From the human T2T-CHM13v2.0 reference genome, Homo sapiens, in assembly GCF_009914755.1 (NCBI RefSeq), contig NC_060932.1: 64,000 bases of DNA. The stretch is one strand, 5' to 3'. The notes beneath the pieces are model-generated. The model had not been told where the DNA came from. It did no database searches and was given only the letters and a program-made list of their open reading frames with translations. Shown one piece after another: positions 58,920 to 64,000 of this stretch (position 1 is the stretch's first letter; every line of letters begins with the position of its first letter). A program made the position numbers and the translations under genes.

Positions 58920-60085
58920 TTAGACATCAGATATTTTAGCTGCCTAAATTTTACTGGTGACTAAAATCCCACAAATTCATTTCTAGGTCAATTGTCTTTG
59001 ATTTTCACTAAGGAAAAATAAGGAAGACTAAATAAAAACCCGAAGAGCACATTGCTTCAGAATTTTTCTTCAATGGAACCAGTGGGAATTTGAAAGAAGA
59101 CTATACATACAAACTTCATATTTATATATAACAGGCAAATTAGGAAATAAAACAGAGTAGTACATCAGGAAAAAATTAAAAGAGGGAGAATTAAAGAGTT
59201 ATATAATAATCTCACTAACTTAGTCTTTATCTTGACCAAAGAATATTCTCTCCTCTCGCCTCTGCTAAGATGAGCCAGTGTAAGGAAATGAGACCTATGC
59301 CCTATTTGGATCACAAAATGGCTTTGCTGGAATTGCCCGAAATATGTTACAAAGCCATTGCCCCCAGTGAGGCCTCTTCCCAGCGAGGCTGGGCATGTGA
59401 GCTCATATCTCCTATGTGAAGGGTCATGGCCTGGGGTTCCCAGCCACACACCTTGTTCTCATACCCCCTGCAGAGACGTGACTGGGTTTGAGATGAGAAC
59501 TGAAATGGTACAAAAAAATCTGGTGAGCAAGAGGCTCACTAGAAACAAATGTACTCTTCTTTTGCATTCCCTACAGCATGAGATAAAGCCCAGGAAATCA
59601 TCTTGTCTTCTCCAGGTGAGCAGAGGTTATAGTCTCCAAAATATCAGAGACCTTGCTCTACTAGAGTGTGCATTTCAGGCTGAAAGGGGCCTGGCCTGGG
59701 GGTTTTTCCAAGTTTTATTTTTCATGAAGTGCAACCACATTACTGCCAATAAAACATACTTCTGATAAGAATCTGAGCAGAACCTCGTCTAACAGCAACA
59801 CTTTCCCCCTCCTCCAAATATGGAAATACCATTTTTTGTTTTGCGGATTACCAAAGTATTACATCATTATTGAAAAAATCTAAGTAATAAAGGGATGTAA
59901 AAATGAGAAAGTGAATATCTTCATTCCGATCCGATAGCACTCCATAAAAAGACACTATTAACAGTTTAAATCATACGTATCCCCTTAGACATTTAAATGC
60001 ATATGTATGAAACCCATATACTCTAACCATAAACAGGATCATTCTATATTATTCTTTAACCTTCATTTTCACTTAAAAGAATATT

Positions 60086-60436
<351 letters not shown>

Positions 60437-60679
60437 TCATTTACCCTTTCAAATTGCTAAATTTTCATTTATCGATGGATTCAACAAATAATCAATTGAG
60501 CACTGCCCTTGTGCTAAGCATCGAATTAGGTAACAGACACAATGGTTCATAATGTGAGGCTTACAGCCCTTTGCTATTCCATTATGTGGAATTTAGTTAA
60601 CTAATTCCCCTTGATAGACATTTAGGTTGACTCCACTTTTCTTTTATTCACTTGGTCATGGTTCCCGTATCCCTTAGGT

Positions 60680-61294
60680 AGAATTTATTGCGAAGAGGTT
60701 CTTCATGTCATTGGCAAGAACTTATTCTTATACATCTATTGCCACTAGACTGTAAGCACCTGTTTTAATGGTGCTTACGGTGTAGTGGCAATAGACATAC
60801 AATAAACAAAATAAATAATTGAAATGGTAGATGAAGATGTGCCACGGAGAAGAGTAAAGAAGAGAAGGGAGTTGCAGAATACCAGCAGTCAGTGAACGGG
60901 TGTCGGAGTTTTGAATCAGAAGCCAGGGAAGACCCCACTGAGAAAGCAACATTGGAAAAAGACCAGAGGAAGTGAGGCAGGGCACCATGGAGGTAAGTGT
61001 GAGAAGACTCTTTCAGGAGTGAAAACAGTGAACGAGAGGGCTCTAAACTGGAGGCGTGCCTAGCGTGATCCAGGATGTGGCTAGAGTGGAGGGTATGAGG
61101 GTATGAAGGAGATGACGTCAGCACCATCATGCGGGGCCAGGTGATGTGGGGCCTGGACATGACTATAGGGACTTTCAGCTTTCACTCTGGACTGAGGCTG
61201 AGCCAGTGCAGGGTTTTTAGCAGATAGAGCTGATTTATATTGGCAAGAACTTATTCTTTCCAATGACATGAAGAACCTCTTTGCAGTAAATTCT
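60680..61294. repeat. Dispersed duplicate of 54920-54935+55680-56159, bracketed by inverted and direct repeats
   Basis: Colinear similarity over ~480 bp; inverted repeat 60680-60714/61260-61294; direct repeat 60710-60729/61239-61258. Confidence 0.85.
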
Positions 61295-62441
61295 CCAATA
61301 AGCCAGTTTCCTCTAAAGCCGTTATAACCCAACTACACATCTTGCAAGCTTACATACCCCCTAAGATGAGAATTAAATTGGAAATGGAGTTGGAATTCCA
61401 CGCCTCACTCCCCGCCCCCCATGGTCTGCCTGAGTTATAGTGACAGACATGTGAGTTTGGCATTTGCTATTCCAGAGCTTAGGAGGGCACACCCACCCTG
61501 CTCTTAAAAGAGTGCACTGTTGTAACCATGTAAATACGCTCTCTCCTGTTTCAACCTAAAGACATATTTTACCTCAACAGCACCCTACATCTTCTATTGC
61601 TTGAAATTCAACTCCTGATGGCATCTCCTTTCCCAGCTACTCCAAGTCCATCTAATGTCTAAGTCTGCCTCCACTCCCTCCCAGGTTGCCAGCAATTGGA
61701 GGGGTACTTTCACTGCATGCTTAAAGGGCCCATGAGAAAGTGGACAGAGGCCTTACTAAATGGTCACATTCCAGGCCTACAGAAACTCCAAGGCTGTCCC
61801 AAACAAAGAAACTGTGGGAGTGTCTGAAGTCAAAGGCTTCAGATGAAGTCCACATGTCTCTTCACCATCAGACCACCTGGCCGTCAGACCATTGCAACAG
61901 AGCTGCCTGTTTTGGCTGCCTTGGGAGCCAGATGCTGGACCAGAGCAGGCTGCATCCAGGGAAGAGGAGGGTGCTCTGGGGCCTCAACAGCCCCTCAAGG
62001 CTGCCATAGGTTAAAACCTTACTCTGGGAAACTTCTGAGGAATTCCTTTTGCAATAAATGTCCGCTTAACTAGGGTACTAAATATTATCTTACTTAAAAC
62101 TCATTATTACTACTTTGGGTTCTGATAAAACCATAAAACAAAACAGTCGGCCCTCATGGACTGGGGAGGCAAATAAATCCATCATGGTGATCCAGGGCTC
62201 ATCACTTAACTTAGCAGAGGAGGTATAGGAGGAGCTCAAGTCCCCATTTTTAGATATCCTCTAGAGGCCACAAATTCATTCGGTAAATTGACTCAAGACC
62301 CTCCATAGACTCTAAGAATAGTTCATAATTTTTTTATTTATTTGGCACACATGTGTTTAACATCTACAGCTTCCTGGTTTAGAAAGAATCTTTTTGTAAA
62401 AATAGTATCCTACATAGGACAGGGAAATAACAGGAATCTGA

Positions 62442-62785
<344 letters not shown>

Positions 62786-63254
62786 CTGGAGCATTTTCAA
62801 TAATATTTTATCCTCATGATTTCACTGTAGAATTGATGTGAGATATGCTATATCTTGGTTTTTCTCCAAGGATAAGGGGTGTAGAGAAGCTAACTGCCAT
62901 GATAAATTCATGCAACTCACGGTCCCAGGGGTGTAGAACCAGAACCATCCTCTTCACCCTCACCCCTTCCATGTCTCTGGCTGGATCACTTTCAGGGTTT
63001 CAGTGGCTGCTTCTGTTGGAAGGTACTATCCTGGCCAACATGGCTAAAAGTATTAATGTTTGTCTATCAAACTTATGAAAATATTAACGTTTATTCATCA
63101 AACATATGTACAAGTGAGAATCCCATTAATTGGTGAACAGAAAGAGAATATGCAATAATTTCTTAACCTCTTGCATCTTTTGCTCCCCCCAGCAAGGTGT
63201 GTAGAAAGAGAATTGGACTTGGTAGCAGAACAACTCCACTGAAGTTCTAAATAT

Positions 63255-63375
63255 GGTGCTGTGTTATGTGACCTTGGGCAAGTCCTTGAACATCTCTTGG
63301 TCTCATTTGCTCTGCAGTAAAATAGGCACAATAGCACCCTTTCCATAGGGCTGTTTTGGAGGACCAAGTGAGAAA
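63255..63375. mobile_element. MIR relic (similar relics at ~38430-38650 and ~54310-54730)
   Basis: TGTGACCTTGGGCAAGTCCTTGAACATCTCT core. Confidence 0.65.
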
Positions 63376-64000
63376 GGGGGGAAAATTCATTTTTCCCAAT
63401 GAATAGGGAAAAGGTCAGCATCATGGCCGGCATCAGCAGGTGCTCGCTAAACATGGACTATTCATCTGAATGAGATAAAGGTTCAGTTTGGTTGGGTTGT
63501 TTACAACGATGAGCCCTCCAGAGTTGGGGACATTCTCCCCATTGTTTTACTTCCACAGAGAACTAGAAAGAAAAAGAGCACGAAAGTGATAGATGCAAGA
63601 AAGAACGAGAGAACCACTGTTGGCTTCCAGCCCGACTCCCCTCCTCAGATTGCTAGCCAGGGGTGAAAGACATCTGTGGATGTGCACCCAGAGTGGACTG
63701 CCAGACCCCCACTGAGGGTTTTCCTGCATGGAAATCCTTATTCTAACCTGAAATTAAGCAAAGACCCATTAGAGAAGCAGTTGAAGGTGAGCAGAAGGCT
63801 GCTTTTTGTTTTGTTTTGTTGTCTTTTTTCCTGGGGCTGAGGAGGCTGTGGCTCTGTATACAGATCCCACGAGCCCTGCTTGAGTGTCACTCATCAGTCA
63901 CAGCAACCGTGTGATGCTTGGCTGTGTTGATGGCCTTCTCCAGGAGGAGCCCCAGGGCTCTCTTATGTTAGCAGTGCCCCAGGAGCAGGGAGGAGTTGCT

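Overview
Primate, very probably human, genomic DNA; a human-specific AluYb8 is present. The minus strand carries the three coding exons and 3'UTR of NCALD (neurocalcin delta, 193 aa). All splice junctions read cleanly (378+106+98 nt). Most of the window is interspersed repeat: five plus-strand LINE-1 copies or fragments (none with intact ORF1+ORF2), about a dozen Alus, and LTR, L2, MIR and hAT-type relics. Nearly all long ORFs in the track are L1 pieces. I see no evidence for a new protein-coding system. The unusual features are structural. (1) A ~7.5 kb composite L1 insertion lies inside one target-site duplication and has four poly(A) tails, serial 3' transductions and a second L1 3' end. 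(2) Two adjacent L1s of different subfamilies share private variants in a patchwork, suggesting gene conversion. (3) A ~480 bp templated insertion has fold-back inverted repeats at its junctions. (4) A 20-nt orphan retroinsertion is present. Repeat subfamily names come from recalled consensus features and need RepeatMasker/Dfam confirmation.
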